Assembly: GCA_020631905.1 (NCBI GenBank)
Contig: JACKGQ010000001.1
Coordinates: 165,854-229,853 of the forward strand
DNA from: Candidatus Nomurabacteria bacterium
GTDB taxonomy: Bacteria; Patescibacteriota; Saccharimonadia; Saccharimonadales; VXPC01
Direction of reading: 5' to 3'
Length of the DNA: 64,000 nt
In this document: one piece after another, positions 22,505 to 33,171 of the stretch
How the letters are laid out: each line of letters opens with the position of its first letter
How positions within the stretch are numbered: position 1 is the first letter of the stretch
The notes under the pieces: generated by a model
The model's input: only the letters and a program-made list of their open reading frames with translations
What the model was told of the DNA's origin: nothing
The model's database searches: none
Made by a program: the position numbers and the translations under genes

Positions 22505-23881
22505 ATGCTAGAGGGTGAAGCCTTGTGGCAAGCAGTCTTGGGGGAAATAGAAGTTAGTGTTTCACGAGCTAGCTTTATAACTTGGTTTAAGAACACCCAG
22601 TTGATTCGTCAATCAGACGATGAGCTAGTTATCGGCGTACCTAATATATTTGCAAAACAGCAGCTGGAGCAAAAGTTTAATGAACTTATCGAGGAGACCC
22701 TAAAGAAACAAGGTATTGAATCAGAGGAAATCGTTTACAAGATTCACACACCTCGGGACAAGTCTGCCGAAAAAGAAGAAGATGACAGTGTTCAGGTCAG
22801 TCTTGTCCGAGAAAGTTCTAGTGTTCCAAACACAACTTCTACTGTTAGTTCAAGCCACAACTACAGGCAAGGCCTAAACTCTAAGTACACCTTCGACTCT
22901 TTCGTTACAGGTAGTTCCAATGAGTTAGCCTACGCTGCCTGCCAAGCAATCGCCGCCAACCCTGGCACTAAGTATAATCCACTGTTTGTCTATGGAGGGG
23001 TTGGGATTGGCAAAACCCATCTAATCCAAGCTGTTGGTAACGAGGTACTTCGAGCCAACCCCTCAGCTAAGGTTGTTTATGTCACCTCCGAACAATTTGT
23101 TCAAGAATTTACAGACTCGATCAGATTTAAGAAGGTTGGGGCTTTCACCCAACACTATAGGAGTGTTGATGTTCTTATTGTTGACGATATTCAATTTATT
23201 GCCACCAAAGAAAAAACTCAAGAAGAGTTCTTTCACACTTTTAATGTGCTTCACCAAGCAAATAAGCAGGTCATTTTAAGTAGCGATCAACCACCTCACT
23301 TAATTCCTACCCTAGAAGACAGATTAAGGAGTCGTTTTCAAATGGGTATGGCAATCGACATGCAAACACCCGAGTTTGAAACCAGGTGCGCAATTATCCA
23401 AACCAAGGCAATCGGCAATAATTTTAATATCGGTCAGGAATGTGTCGAGTATTTAGCTAACAGCTTTACAACCAATATCCGTGAACTCGAAGGCGCTCTA
23501 AACCAGCTAATGGCCTTTTGTGACCTACGAAATGTTGAACCTACGTTAGAGGTTGCTAAGGTTGTGTTCGCAAAACTCGCTAGTCGACCAAAGCATATAA
23601 GCCCTAAGCAAATTGTTGAACGTGTCGCCAAATACTACCGCATCCAGGTCGAGGACATAAAGGGTCCAAAACGTGACAAAGATATTGTCATGCCTCGTCA
23701 AGTGGCCATGTACTTGCTGCGGAGTGAGTTAAAGATGAGTTTTCCTAGGATAGCTGGCGAACTTGGTCGTAAAGACCACACTACAGCCATCCACTCCGTC
23801 GATAAAATCAATCGAGAAGCAAGTGTCGACCTGATTCTTAAACAACAGCTCCAAGAAATAAGGGAGGGTCTGAATGCGTAA
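22505..23881 (+). CDS. dnaA: Chromosomal replication initiator protein DnaA
   Basis: Walker A GGVGIGKTHL, box VII and C-terminal DNA-binding HTH (DHTTAIHS). Start set at the ATG 5 nt after the GGAGG. The track ORF begins at TTG 22493. Confidence 0.95.
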   Translation: MLEGEALWQAVLGEIEVSVSRASFITWFKNTQLIRQSDDELVIGVPNIFAKQQLEQKFNELIEETLKKQGIESEEIVYKIHTPRDKSAEKEEDDSVQVSLVRESSSVPNTTSTVSSSHNYRQGLNSKYTFDSFVTGSSNELAYAACQAIAANPGTKYNPLFVYGGVGIGKTHLIQAVGNEVLRANPSAKVVYVTSEQFVQEFTDSIRFKKVGAFTQHYRSVDVLIVDDIQFIATKEKTQEEFFHTFNVLHQANKQVILSSDQPPHLIPTLEDRLRSRFQMGMAIDMQTPEFETRCAIIQTKAIGNNFNIGQECVEYLANSFTTNIRELEGALNQLMAFCDLRNVEPTLEVAKVVFAKLASRPKHISPKQIVERVAKYYRIQVEDIKGPKRDKDIVMPRQVAMYLLRSELKMSFPRIAGELGRKDHTTAIHSVDKINREASVDLILKQQLQEIREGLNA

Positions 23882-24118
23882 AATATGTGTACAAAATCCG
23901 CTTAAGTTGTGTTTATCTCCAGAAAACGCTTGGGATAATTTACGTCAAACCGGCACTTTACTTCAGAATATTTTAACTTTTCCCCGAGTATTCCGAGCCG
24001 TCCCTGCCATGTTTACCCAAGCATATGAACACAAGAAAGAGCTTAATCTACCCCTGTCCGCCTCGGCTTATGCACACTTTCCACAGAGTCTACTATTAAC
24101 TATTACAAAGGAAAAATA

Positions 24119-25216
24119 ATGAATATACAGGTTACTCAGGAAAACTTATCTCAGGCTTTAGGAAATCTGGCACGTGTCGCTAGCTCGAGTCGAGGAAGTT
24201 TGCCTATTTTGAACAACATTCTCCTGAGGACCGTAAAGGGTCGATTAAGTATGTCGGCCACCAATCTAGAGATTGCAATCACTCAGTCTGTCGGTGCTAA
24301 AGTAAATCAAGAAGGAGTCGTTACAGTCCCGGCTAGGCTTTTTCAAGAGTACATAAACAGTCTTCCGAGCGGTACTGTCGACATAGAAGTAACCGACCAC
24401 AAGATCTATGTTAAGTCGGCTGACTACCGCTCAACTATTAACGGCATGTTGGCGGACGACTACCCTGTAATTCCTGAGGTAAAAGATGAACCTATTTGGA
24501 AAGTTAATACAAAAATATTTAAAGAGGCTTTGAATCAAGTTGTATTTGCTGCCAGCACAGACGATGCCAGACCAGTTCTAACAGGCGTCTTACTTCACTC
24601 TGTTGACGGGGAAATATATCTGGCGGCAACAGATTCGTATCGACTTAGTGAAAAGTTGGTTGGCAAGAGTAAGGCCGAGTTTAGTCTATTGATACCTGCT
24701 AGTGCCCTTGCCGACCTACAACGAATCATTGGCGACAAAGACGAAGATATATTCGTGCACGCCGACACACAGCAAGTTGCCTTCAGGTTCGCCGGCATAG
24801 AGCTGGTTTCTCGCCTTATAGAAGGTACCTATCCGGAGTACCGCAAACTCTTGCCTGCTAGTTTTGCAAACTCGGCAGATTTAGAGAAAGCCGAATTTGT
24901 TAGCGCCTCTAAGTTGGCGAGCTTGTTTGCTCGCGAAAGCGCTGGCTCGATTATGATCGAGCTTTCACCCGATACAAAAAGCCTTTCAGTTAAGTCGGCT
25001 GCTAGTCAGATTGGCGAAAACAACACAAGCATCCCAGCTAATATCAGCGGAGATGGCGCGTCAATATCGTTAAACTCACGTTTTCTAATCGATGGACTTG
25101 CCTCAATTCAGGGCCCGAGTATTATTTTTAACATGAATGGCAAACTCGATCCATGCGTACTTAAAAGTCCCGACCATACCGACTACCTGCATATCATTAT
25201 GCCATTAAAAAGCTGA
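24119..25216 (+). CDS. dnaN: DNA polymerase III beta sliding clamp
   Basis: 365 aa. LPILNNILL, ATDSYRL and EGTYPEYRKLLP motifs. dnaA-dnaN-recF synteny. Confidence 0.95.
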   Translation: MNIQVTQENLSQALGNLARVASSSRGSLPILNNILLRTVKGRLSMSATNLEIAITQSVGAKVNQEGVVTVPARLFQEYINSLPSGTVDIEVTDHKIYVKSADYRSTINGMLADDYPVIPEVKDEPIWKVNTKIFKEALNQVVFAASTDDARPVLTGVLLHSVDGEIYLAATDSYRLSEKLVGKSKAEFSLLIPASALADLQRIIGDKDEDIFVHADTQQVAFRFAGIELVSRLIEGTYPEYRKLLPASFANSADLEKAEFVSASKLASLFARESAGSIMIELSPDTKSLSVKSAASQIGENNTSIPANISGDGASISLNSRFLIDGLASIQGPSIIFNMNGKLDPCVLKSPDHTDYLHIIMPLKS

Positions 25217-25248
25217 GCCTTAAGTTGCTATCAGCTAAAATATACTAG

Positions 25249-26292
25249 ATGTTAATTCGCTCTATCCGGCTCCAGAACATTCGTGCTCACTTAGACAGCT
25301 CTTATGAGTTTGAAGACGGCGTAAATATTCTAGTTGGGCCAAATGCATGCGGCAAGACCACTATTCTAGAGGCAATCGCTTATTTGAGTGGTTTGTCAGT
25401 TGTAAGGTCTAGAAACCTATATCGCCACCAAACTGAATGGCAAAGAATCGACATTAGTTACGAAAACCAAGACAGAACCTTAAGAGTAAAAGATGAACAA
25501 AAGAGTTTTGATGTAGCTGGCAATAAAAAGAAAAGACTTGGACGCGAAGATATTCAACCAGTAGTTTGGTTTGATCCGGAGGAACTGCGTCTACTCAGGG
25601 GCTCACCCCAAAGACGTCGTGACTATTTCGATAGTCTTCTGTGTAGACTTGAGCCAAAATACCAGCTCGCGCTCGGTAGATATAAGAGATCCTTGGTACA
25701 GCGCAACAACCTACTCAAGAAACAAAACATTAGCCACCAAGATGTCTTTGTCTGGGATCTAAGACTGGCCGAAAATGCAGAAATTATCAATAGTTCCAGG
25801 CAAGCATTTGTGGACGAGATTAACCTGCAAATTAACCCTATTTATCAAACACTCGCAAACTCAAGTCGTGAGCTGAAGCTAAATTATCAGTCTGCTCCTA
25901 AAACAACTAACTATAGTCAGGCGCTACTCAAAAGTCTCCAGCAATTCACTAAAAGAGATCAGCTATTAGGCTATACTACCGTCGGACCACATCGTGACGA
26001 CTTTGTGTTTGAGAGTGCGGGTAGCGGCTTCAGTGCCGAGGCATCTCGTGGTGAAATTCGCACACTAATGCTGGCATTAAAAACAATCGAGATCGAGAAA
26101 CTCACCAGTCATTATCAGACCAAACCAATTATTCTATTTGACGATGTTTTTAGCGAACTAGACGGCTCCAGACGCAAAGCATTTACAAAAACACTAAGCG
26201 GACATCAAACAATAATCACAACCACAGATGCCGACATCGTAACAAAAAATATCGCCAACGGCACAAATATCATAGCTGTCTCAATAAACTAA
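25249..26292 (+). CDS. recF: DNA replication and repair protein RecF
   Basis: 347 aa. Walker A GPNACGKTT, signature SRGEIRTLMLALK and Walker B ILFDDVFSELD. Confidence 0.9.
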   Translation: MLIRSIRLQNIRAHLDSSYEFEDGVNILVGPNACGKTTILEAIAYLSGLSVVRSRNLYRHQTEWQRIDISYENQDRTLRVKDEQKSFDVAGNKKKRLGREDIQPVVWFDPEELRLLRGSPQRRRDYFDSLLCRLEPKYQLALGRYKRSLVQRNNLLKKQNISHQDVFVWDLRLAENAEIINSSRQAFVDEINLQINPIYQTLANSSRELKLNYQSAPKTTNYSQALLKSLQQFTKRDQLLGYTTVGPHRDDFVFESAGSGFSAEASRGEIRTLMLALKTIEIEKLTSHYQTKPIILFDDVFSELDGSRRKAFTKTLSGHQTIITTTDADIVTKNIANGTNIIAVSIN

Positions 26293-27041
26293 TAGATGAT
26301 AGTTTGATCTGTTTGGAATTTCTTATGCAAGTTAGGTATATCTGACAGCTGGTAGACTTTTGCTAGCGGGAAACTCCCAATAGCATTAATACTAAATATA
26401 ATGTCATTCTCGTCGTAGCTATCCTGAAGCACATCTTTAATAATCTTGATGGCTTTATCGACCTCTCGACGATTAAAACCTTCATAAAATATAACCAAAA
26501 TTTTGTCAGAATTATTAACATACCTAATTGCGTAATACTTAGTTTTGATTGGTATATTTTGCAATAGTTCCGACCTCTTTCCACCCAAGTGCAACTCACT
26601 GTCGATATTTACATTATTTGCCAGATCTGTAATCGACAGACTTATCTTTCCAGACCCCAAGTCTGTTACCTTGATAGAAATCGTATCGTCACAGCCGTAG
26701 AATTTTCCAGACTGATTAAACACACCATCCTGGATGATCGGCGAACCGGTGAAGGTAAATCCAAGAAGGGTCGAACTGTCTGCAAGTGCCGGGATGGTCT
26801 TTCTGGCAAAAAGAGCCATGTCTTCTTGGATGAGTCTAAGATTTACCTCACTATTATCTAAAAATTCGTAAAGCTGACCATGTTCATAGAGTACCGAGTA
26901 CTCAATTCCAGCAAGTGGATTCTCGTCGTTAATCTGTCTGCTTGGGTTCTTAATATCATTGCCTCCAGTTACTACGAATACCACAACCAACACCGCCAAT
27001 AACGCCAAACCTAGGAATATGTATCGGTATCGTTTAATCAT
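26289..27041 (-). CDS. Hypothetical membrane-anchored protein
   Basis: Start placed at MIKRYRYIFLGLALLAVLVVVF (GAGGG RBS upstream). Single N-terminal TM helix; no recognisable domain. The track ORF extends to 27086 and would overlap the upstream gene. Confidence 0.55.
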   Translation of the reverse strand: MIKRYRYIFLGLALLAVLVVVFVVTGGNDIKNPSRQINDENPLAGIEYSVLYEHGQLYEFLDNSEVNLRLIQEDMALFARKTIPALADSSTLLGFTFTGSPIIQDGVFNQSGKFYGCDDTISIKVTDLGSGKISLSITDLANNVNIDSELHLGGKRSELLQNIPIKTKYYAIRYVNNSDKILVIFYEGFNRREVDKAIKIIKDVLQDSYDENDIIFSINAIGSFPLAKVYQLSDIPNLHKKFQTDQTIIY

Positions 27042-27058
27042 GTCTTTCAACCCTCTCA

Positions 27059-30000
27059 TTATTTTCCATCTATCGACCAGTGCCAACCCTCGTAGTGGTC
27101 AAGGTCGTCCCTACTCTCTTGCTTACCTTTGCCAAATTCAAAGTAGCCGTATCTTGAGGCATTTGCTTGTAGCCACTGAAAACACGGATTATCAACTGCA
27201 GAAGTATATAGCTGCTCAATAAGTCTGCCATTACATTCAATATCTAAGGCGAAGCCCATCTGGTGGTTCGAATAGCCTGGAGGTGCTGCACCAGGACAAT
27301 CAACATATTCAGAGCTACTAGCTAGCGGATATGGTCCGGGTGTCGGCTCAATTCCAGCATCCGCACAATGTCTCTCATAGACAGATACTTGTCCGTCCAT
27401 TGACCTAAATCCTCCACCAGCACCAGTTGCACTAATATCGAGACCTTGTGCTAGCATATCATTAAATAGTGCGTAGGCACCCTCAGAGATCTGTGAGTTA
27501 ACCACCAGGTTACCACCAATATCACAAGTTCTAATCTGGAACTCTTTGCCCTTTCTATAGCCAGTGTCTACACCCAGGTCCTTGGTTCCACTGGCGCAAG
27601 GCACTCCAGTGGAGTCTTCCATGTCTGGGTCGATACTTCCCGCATAGCTACCACCACAGCCCCGTTGACTACCCGAAGAAGCATACGAACCAGGGGCCAT
27701 GCCAGAATATGTGTTATATATGTCCTGCGAAAAGCCAAGTCTTCTTGCGGTTTCTTCTGTCTGACCATCGACACTATAGGCATCCGACCCCTCAACAAAC
27801 ACCCCAGGCACCATAAACTCAGTCAACATCGTATACGACGAATCATCGATTGTTACACCAGGCGTCTGCAGGACTGCTAGTACACCAGCATACGATACTG
27901 TTAGTTCTTGCCATAAAAACTCCAACTGAAGACGTAAATCTCCAGTGGTTCGACCTTGGGTATCGTTGTTGGCAAAGGCTATTAAGTTTGACTGTCGTCC
28001 TTCAGAGGTCCACTGAGCTATACCATAACCAAACTTATTGCGGATATCTGGGTGGGCTTGGCTTGGATCGCTAGGGTCGGTCGGCATATACGGGCTGTCG
28101 GGTAGTGGTGCATTGTTCTGCATGTTGTGGGGGTCAATCCCTGACTCTGCCTTCAGGTTGCCCATTACGCCGGCGGCTGCTTCTGGGGATAGGCCTTTAT
28201 CGGTTACTAGAAAATCCCATGCAATTTTATAACGCTCATCCTCAGCTAGTGTCTCGGTGGAGCCACCCCCAACCGAACAAACACAATTGCCAGTGCTTCT
28301 TGCGGTGGTGCTGGTATCCGAGTTGCCGTTTGATGTGATGTGGTTGACGATAAATTTACTCAACATTTTTGTGCCATTGCCGTTTGGATGGATACCATCT
28401 CCACCACCTTCACCCAAAGAACTTAATGCATCCGGACTTTGATCCCAAGGTATAACATTTACTCCGTTTGCAGCTGCAACTTCTCTTAAGTAACCGTCGA
28501 TAACCTTATAGAACTGATCTAGGTCCCAAGGGCTACCGTATAGACTATCACCATGGGAGTATACCGCCGTCCAATAGATGTTTATATCCGGGTTCGCCTC
28601 TTTAACCGCATCAATTAAATTTTGAACAGAGTTTTTTATTGTGGTCTCTGCGTTAGATAAAATTCTGCCCGGAGGTGCACCAGGCGCGAGAACTTGGTGC
28701 AAATTGTTTGTGCCCAGGCCAACTATTATTGCATCACTTTGGGCGATCGTAGATGCATTTATGTTTACCTGATCAGTTCCCCAATTGATTGCTTGTCCGC
28801 CAACTGCACTAAAACCACTTACGGTCATGCCAGCACCCTCTAAGTCGCCTTTCAAGGGTTGGCCAAAACTACTAGTAACTTCTTTACCATCACTGATTAC
28901 GGTGGGAGAAATAAGCTGGACAGTAATTGAATCACCGAGTACATACACTTTACTTCCGCTTGGCAGTCCACCCCCGTTTACGGCATTTAGGTTACCCCCT
29001 TTGTATTTGATCATGTCATTTAAAACCAGATTGTAGTCGACTCCAGAGTTCTTGACAGCTTCGATAGCGTCAATTATTCCCTGTTCGCCTCCATTTGCGC
29101 TATAGCCAAATAACGGAGCCACACCTGCAGCAAGCGCCTTTGGTGCAGATTCAGTAAGACCGCCAACCACATTTTTTACACCAGGCCCCTCTAAAGCATC
29201 GCTAACAATCAAGCCCTGATGTTTATAAGTAGTTCTCAAAAGATCTACGACTGCAGGAGATACATCAGCAACTAAGCCGTTTTCTGTTAGCCCGGTTATG
29301 GTAGAGCTGTTTAGCATCACAATATCTTTATTGGACTTACCAAGGAGAGTTTCGTAGGGCTTCAGGTCGTCGGTCATTTCCGAGAATGCAATGGTGGAAG
29401 ATTCGTTATCGGTGTTCTTGCCTTTACTTAAACCTGGGAAATGTTTGAAGGTTGGCGAGACTCCGGCTTCTCTCAAGCCCGATGCAAAGGCTGCCGCTTT
29501 TCTGGCAACAACCACTGGATCTATAGAAAATGTTCGACTAACCGATGAATTTCCGAACTCCCCGCTTACATCTGAGCTCAAATCTACAACCGGAGCAAGA
29601 GCGACATTAACGCCTCGTCCAGCCAGACCCTCACCAATCTGTTTGCCTACGGCCTGGACTTCTGTATCGGTCATTGCTCCCATCTCGTGTGCACTCGGAA
29701 AGCTACCTATCTCGGTTTTAAACCTCTGCACACTGCCACCTTCTTCGTCGCTGGCAACCAACAAGGGCACCCCCGAGCGGCTATTCAGATCACTGAATAG
29801 AGTAGAATTAAATACACTGTTACCGTTGTTGCCGAGTATTAGCACTCCACCGATCTTGTATTTTTCTACGATTACTCTCATTTCTTCAACCTGGTCTTTG
29901 GTAAAGCCAACTATGAATGTTTGAGCAATCCTCTGATCTTCTGTAAAAGAGTTTGGTACCCCAATTGCTTCTGTGGTGCCAGGCACCGAGCACTGAGCAT

Positions 30001-30160
30001 CTTCTGGTATGTAAAATGGATAAAGATATGGCGTACCCGAGTTATAGCCAGCTGCGGCCATCACCACGCCGCTATTTACGATCGAAAAGCAGACCACAAA
30101 AACAACGCTTAGCAGGTGCTTCATGCGGCGCAGGCAGTTTTTTATGTATCTTTTGATCAT
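27059..30160 (-). CDS. Secreted four-domain cell-wall hydrolase: GH3 (NagZ-like) + SGNH/GDSL + phage-tail-lysozyme-like + VanY/M15 D,D-peptidase
   Basis: 1033 aa with a signal peptide. GH3 motifs SDEEGGSVQRF, NVALAPVVDL, KHFPG. SGNH blocks VLGDSITV, GLGTNN, DGIHPN. GNLKAESG...YGIAQWT (tail-lysozyme type). GGFRS...PGYSNHQMGFALDI...EGWHWS (VanY type). ATGA overlap with the upstream gene. Confidence 0.8.
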   Translation of the reverse strand: MIKRYIKNCLRRMKHLLSVVFVVCFSIVNSGVVMAAAGYNSGTPYLYPFYIPEDAQCSVPGTTEAIGVPNSFTEDQRIAQTFIVGFTKDQVEEMRVIVEKYKIGGVLILGNNGNSVFNSTLFSDLNSRSGVPLLVASDEEGGSVQRFKTEIGSFPSAHEMGAMTDTEVQAVGKQIGEGLAGRGVNVALAPVVDLSSDVSGEFGNSSVSRTFSIDPVVVARKAAAFASGLREAGVSPTFKHFPGLSKGKNTDNESSTIAFSEMTDDLKPYETLLGKSNKDIVMLNSSTITGLTENGLVADVSPAVVDLLRTTYKHQGLIVSDALEGPGVKNVVGGLTESAPKALAAGVAPLFGYSANGGEQGIIDAIEAVKNSGVDYNLVLNDMIKYKGGNLNAVNGGGLPSGSKVYVLGDSITVQLISPTVISDGKEVTSSFGQPLKGDLEGAGMTVSGFSAVGGQAINWGTDQVNINASTIAQSDAIIVGLGTNNLHQVLAPGAPPGRILSNAETTIKNSVQNLIDAVKEANPDINIYWTAVYSHGDSLYGSPWDLDQFYKVIDGYLREVAAANGVNVIPWDQSPDALSSLGEGGGDGIHPNGNGTKMLSKFIVNHITSNGNSDTSTTARSTGNCVCSVGGGSTETLAEDERYKIAWDFLVTDKGLSPEAAAGVMGNLKAESGIDPHNMQNNAPLPDSPYMPTDPSDPSQAHPDIRNKFGYGIAQWTSEGRQSNLIAFANNDTQGRTTGDLRLQLEFLWQELTVSYAGVLAVLQTPGVTIDDSSYTMLTEFMVPGVFVEGSDAYSVDGQTEETARRLGFSQDIYNTYSGMAPGSYASSGSQRGCGGSYAGSIDPDMEDSTGVPCASGTKDLGVDTGYRKGKEFQIRTCDIGGNLVVNSQISEGAYALFNDMLAQGLDISATGAGGGFRSMDGQVSVYERHCADAGIEPTPGPYPLASSSEYVDCPGAAPPGYSNHQMGFALDIECNGRLIEQLYTSAVDNPCFQWLQANASRYGYFEFGKGKQESRDDLDHYEGWHWSIDGK

Positions 30161-33117
30161 GGCTGGCTTGGCTTACAGGCATTTTGATCGATGAATCTGC
30201 CTTGGTTATTTTCTTTCGGAACGGCTCCGTCTGTAAAGTACGCGGTTTTCTCGACAGCCCCATCCCAACTTAACTGAAAGTGGATATGGGTAATGTGTTC
30301 CTGAGCACTTTTAGCGCTGGCTACACACTGCCAACCCTTGCTCCGATACCATTCAACTTTCCAGAACTTAGCGTAATCTATGCCAAAGATGTCGGCATTT
30401 GTGACCAGCCAGCCAAGCGCACTGTTGCCTTTGGCGAGTTCGGCCGGCACATAGGCCTTAAAGTACGAATCAACCGCTCGCCCAGTGCTATGCATATCGG
30501 GGCCAGCGTCTCTGCATCTACCAATTACGCCCGTGCCCCCCTGGCCATACTTGTCGTTAACTAGCTTTTGAATCGCTTTAGCACCAGGCTGTTGAGCATA
30601 GCCTCCGTTGTGTGAATCGGCTTCGGGTGGTTGGGTGCCATCCCAAATACACCCCGGGAAATACATATTATATCTCGGATAGTGCACTAATCCCTCAGTG
30701 GTAGTAGCTCCTGACTGAGAATTGGTAGAATTGCCGCTCAAGCTGTTTGTGACGGGGGTCTTGCCGTCTAGGTCGAGACAGTCATTAGTGTTGTAGCCGT
30801 CGTTGTTACTACCCACCCGTGTAACGGCGTCGATTGTTTCGCAGAACAAGTAGTATCTTTTAAGCTGGAGAGCTCCCTCGTCGTTGCAGCTGTCGTCAAC
30901 ATCGCCTAAGGCCACATCTTTTACGGTGTAGGTTAGGCACTCTCCATAGTCGTCTATAAGACTACCCAGCTTTTCGCCGTCGTTTTTTTCGAGGCTGTTA
31001 GTAAGGTCTTGAAAATCGTAGAAACTACCCTCACTAAACCCGTATAGATAATCTTGCATGTCGTAGAATTCTGTTTCCGGGCTGTAGGTTGCAGCTGCGC
31101 CAACCCCAGCGAAAGCGAAGTTAAATGAGCTGCTCGGTTTGGTTAGCCACGAGAAGAATCGTCCAATACCTATAGACAGCGTGCTAAAACTAGCCGGAGT
31201 GTTTATGAGAATGCTCGAGGTAATCGAGAATGGGCTGCGCGGGCTAAAGTAGGCATATAGCCAGCCTTTAGATCTTTCTGCCTGTTGGTATGCAAGTACA
31301 CTTTCGCGCTGTTGCATGGATGCCTCTTGAGGTGAGATTTTATTGGTGTATTTCATGGGGATACCAATTGAGCCCGTCAACACATCGCCAGCACCTGCGG
31401 CATTATAAGCCTTGGCCCCCTCGCCCGGCCCAAACACGGCGTATGATGTTGTTGCCAACTCGACCGACCATCGTAAAGCAAAGTCTGCAAATGTTCCAAG
31501 AGCAAAATCTCGCACCATCCTCTTGGCCGCAAATTTTATTGATTCTGTAGTAAGCTTGGTCGCGCCCTTCGAGCCACCGGCAGACATCACCAATGCCAGC
31601 AGCTCGAGCGCTATGGTCGAAAACTGGAAGACTGGATTCATAATCCAGCCACACACATAATCAAGCAGGCTACCTACACCTGGAATAGACTTGCCCGATG
31701 CAAGTTCGCCAACAGTCGCCACAACGTCCAGTGTTTCTAGGTCTAACCCCAATAATTTCATTGGCGAATCAGCATTTGTGGCTCGATTATCTAAAGGCAC
31801 TGTACTAATCGGCCTCCCAGTGGCCATGGCATACTCTTGTGACAGCTCAGCTCCCTCCCACTTTTGGGTTTCGTAGTGCAAGGCATCTTGGGTGGCATTC
31901 TCGCCACCGGCATGGAACTGATCATTAGCTGTAAACAGGCTCGAGGCATGGTTCATAAAGCCGTCAATCCGCCCATCAATGGCTGTACGTATATTCTTAA
32001 ACACATCCCTCCCCATGCAATATAGCGTTAGATAAAATAAGTAGTCGGAGATCTGACCAACCCGATTGAGTCGTTCGATTGCATTTGACCCCAAAACTCG
32101 CTTGAACCTGCTGACTCGACCCTCTTTTATGCCTTCCTCGAACTCGTTCGCGGCTGCCCGTGCTTCGCTAATAGATGGTTCTGGTGGTGCCCTACCTGCG
32201 CGTACATGCGACACGTCTTCGGTTAAGCCTGCTGCCCTCATTTCGGTCAAACTCAGTCTTCTGCCAGCTTTCTGGGCGGCTAGAAATTCTTTAAATCTTG
32301 CTAGCACTATTCCACTAGATTCACGCACATAGCGCATGGTTCGTCGCCGAAACAACCAGCCCTTATTCATGTTAACTAGACCTTTATCTATTTGGCTGGT
32401 AAGTTCATCAAGCAAAACACCTTCAGTAATAGCACCAGGACCACGGGTTGTTCTTTTTATCTCTACCCCGGCCTCGTCTATGTAGCTAAACCCGGTTAAT
32501 TTTCTTGATCCTGGTATTGATCCACGGCCATAAGTTAGTTTAATATCAGCCGCACCCATAGTTAGTAGAGCTTTCTCTGGCGTCCAGCCAGCCAGCCGAC
32601 TAATTAGTCCAGTCCTACCCCCAGGCAAATTCCTTGGAATTAATGAATCATCCGTCAAAGAAAACTGAGCAATAGTAATTTGTCTGGTGACTTTGCCAAT
32701 AGCCCTCTGGGTTTGGGCAAAACGGTAGGTGTGTTGGAGCTGCGCCAAGTGCTCGATCGAAAAGCCTAAAAATAAATACAGAACCAAAAAAACTGCAATA
32801 ACCGGTAAGCCGATTACCCCGATTATTGCCAGCGCAGCCTTCTTGCGATCCTTTTTATCGCCCGAATCAGAGTCGTCACCTACCTGAGCGCTCTTGGCAC
32901 CACCAGCTTTAGCCAGTTTTTGCTTCTCGGTTGCAGCCTCTTTAGAACCAGCATCTGCGCCTAAGCTACCAGTGTATGCTTGGCCCTCATCTAGTTTACT
33001 GCCAGCCGATTCGCCGGCAGGTCGTTCTGCAAGCTTAGTGCCAGCTTGCCGGTTGTACCAACCACCTTCTTGGTCGAGAGCACTCCGCTCATCACTCCAT
33101 TTGTCGTCTACGCCCAT
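30157..33117 (-). CDS. Large membrane-anchored T4SS-associated protein with C-terminal LAS-type metallopeptidase-like domain (PrgK/VirB1 analogue?)
   Basis: 986 aa. Disordered acidic/Lys-rich N-terminus, one TM helix (ALAIIGVIGLPVIAVFLVLYLFLGF), a long unassigned domain, and a C-terminus with HSTGRAVD ... HITHIHF (H-x-D and H-x-H zinc-ligand pattern). Confidence 0.6.
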   Translation of the reverse strand: MGVDDKWSDERSALDQEGGWYNRQAGTKLAERPAGESAGSKLDEGQAYTGSLGADAGSKEAATEKQKLAKAGGAKSAQVGDDSDSGDKKDRKKAALAIIGVIGLPVIAVFLVLYLFLGFSIEHLAQLQHTYRFAQTQRAIGKVTRQITIAQFSLTDDSLIPRNLPGGRTGLISRLAGWTPEKALLTMGAADIKLTYGRGSIPGSRKLTGFSYIDEAGVEIKRTTRGPGAITEGVLLDELTSQIDKGLVNMNKGWLFRRRTMRYVRESSGIVLARFKEFLAAQKAGRRLSLTEMRAAGLTEDVSHVRAGRAPPEPSISEARAAANEFEEGIKEGRVSRFKRVLGSNAIERLNRVGQISDYLFYLTLYCMGRDVFKNIRTAIDGRIDGFMNHASSLFTANDQFHAGGENATQDALHYETQKWEGAELSQEYAMATGRPISTVPLDNRATNADSPMKLLGLDLETLDVVATVGELASGKSIPGVGSLLDYVCGWIMNPVFQFSTIALELLALVMSAGGSKGATKLTTESIKFAAKRMVRDFALGTFADFALRWSVELATTSYAVFGPGEGAKAYNAAGAGDVLTGSIGIPMKYTNKISPQEASMQQRESVLAYQQAERSKGWLYAYFSPRSPFSITSSILINTPASFSTLSIGIGRFFSWLTKPSSSFNFAFAGVGAAATYSPETEFYDMQDYLYGFSEGSFYDFQDLTNSLEKNDGEKLGSLIDDYGECLTYTVKDVALGDVDDSCNDEGALQLKRYYLFCETIDAVTRVGSNNDGYNTNDCLDLDGKTPVTNSLSGNSTNSQSGATTTEGLVHYPRYNMYFPGCIWDGTQPPEADSHNGGYAQQPGAKAIQKLVNDKYGQGGTGVIGRCRDAGPDMHSTGRAVDSYFKAYVPAELAKGNSALGWLVTNADIFGIDYAKFWKVEWYRSKGWQCVASAKSAQEHITHIHFQLSWDGAVEKTAYFTDGAVPKENNQGRFIDQNACKPSQP

Positions 33118-33171
33118 ATTTGAAGTTTATTTTACCAATTTTATCTTTAAATTAACAGTTTGGGGTTGCTG

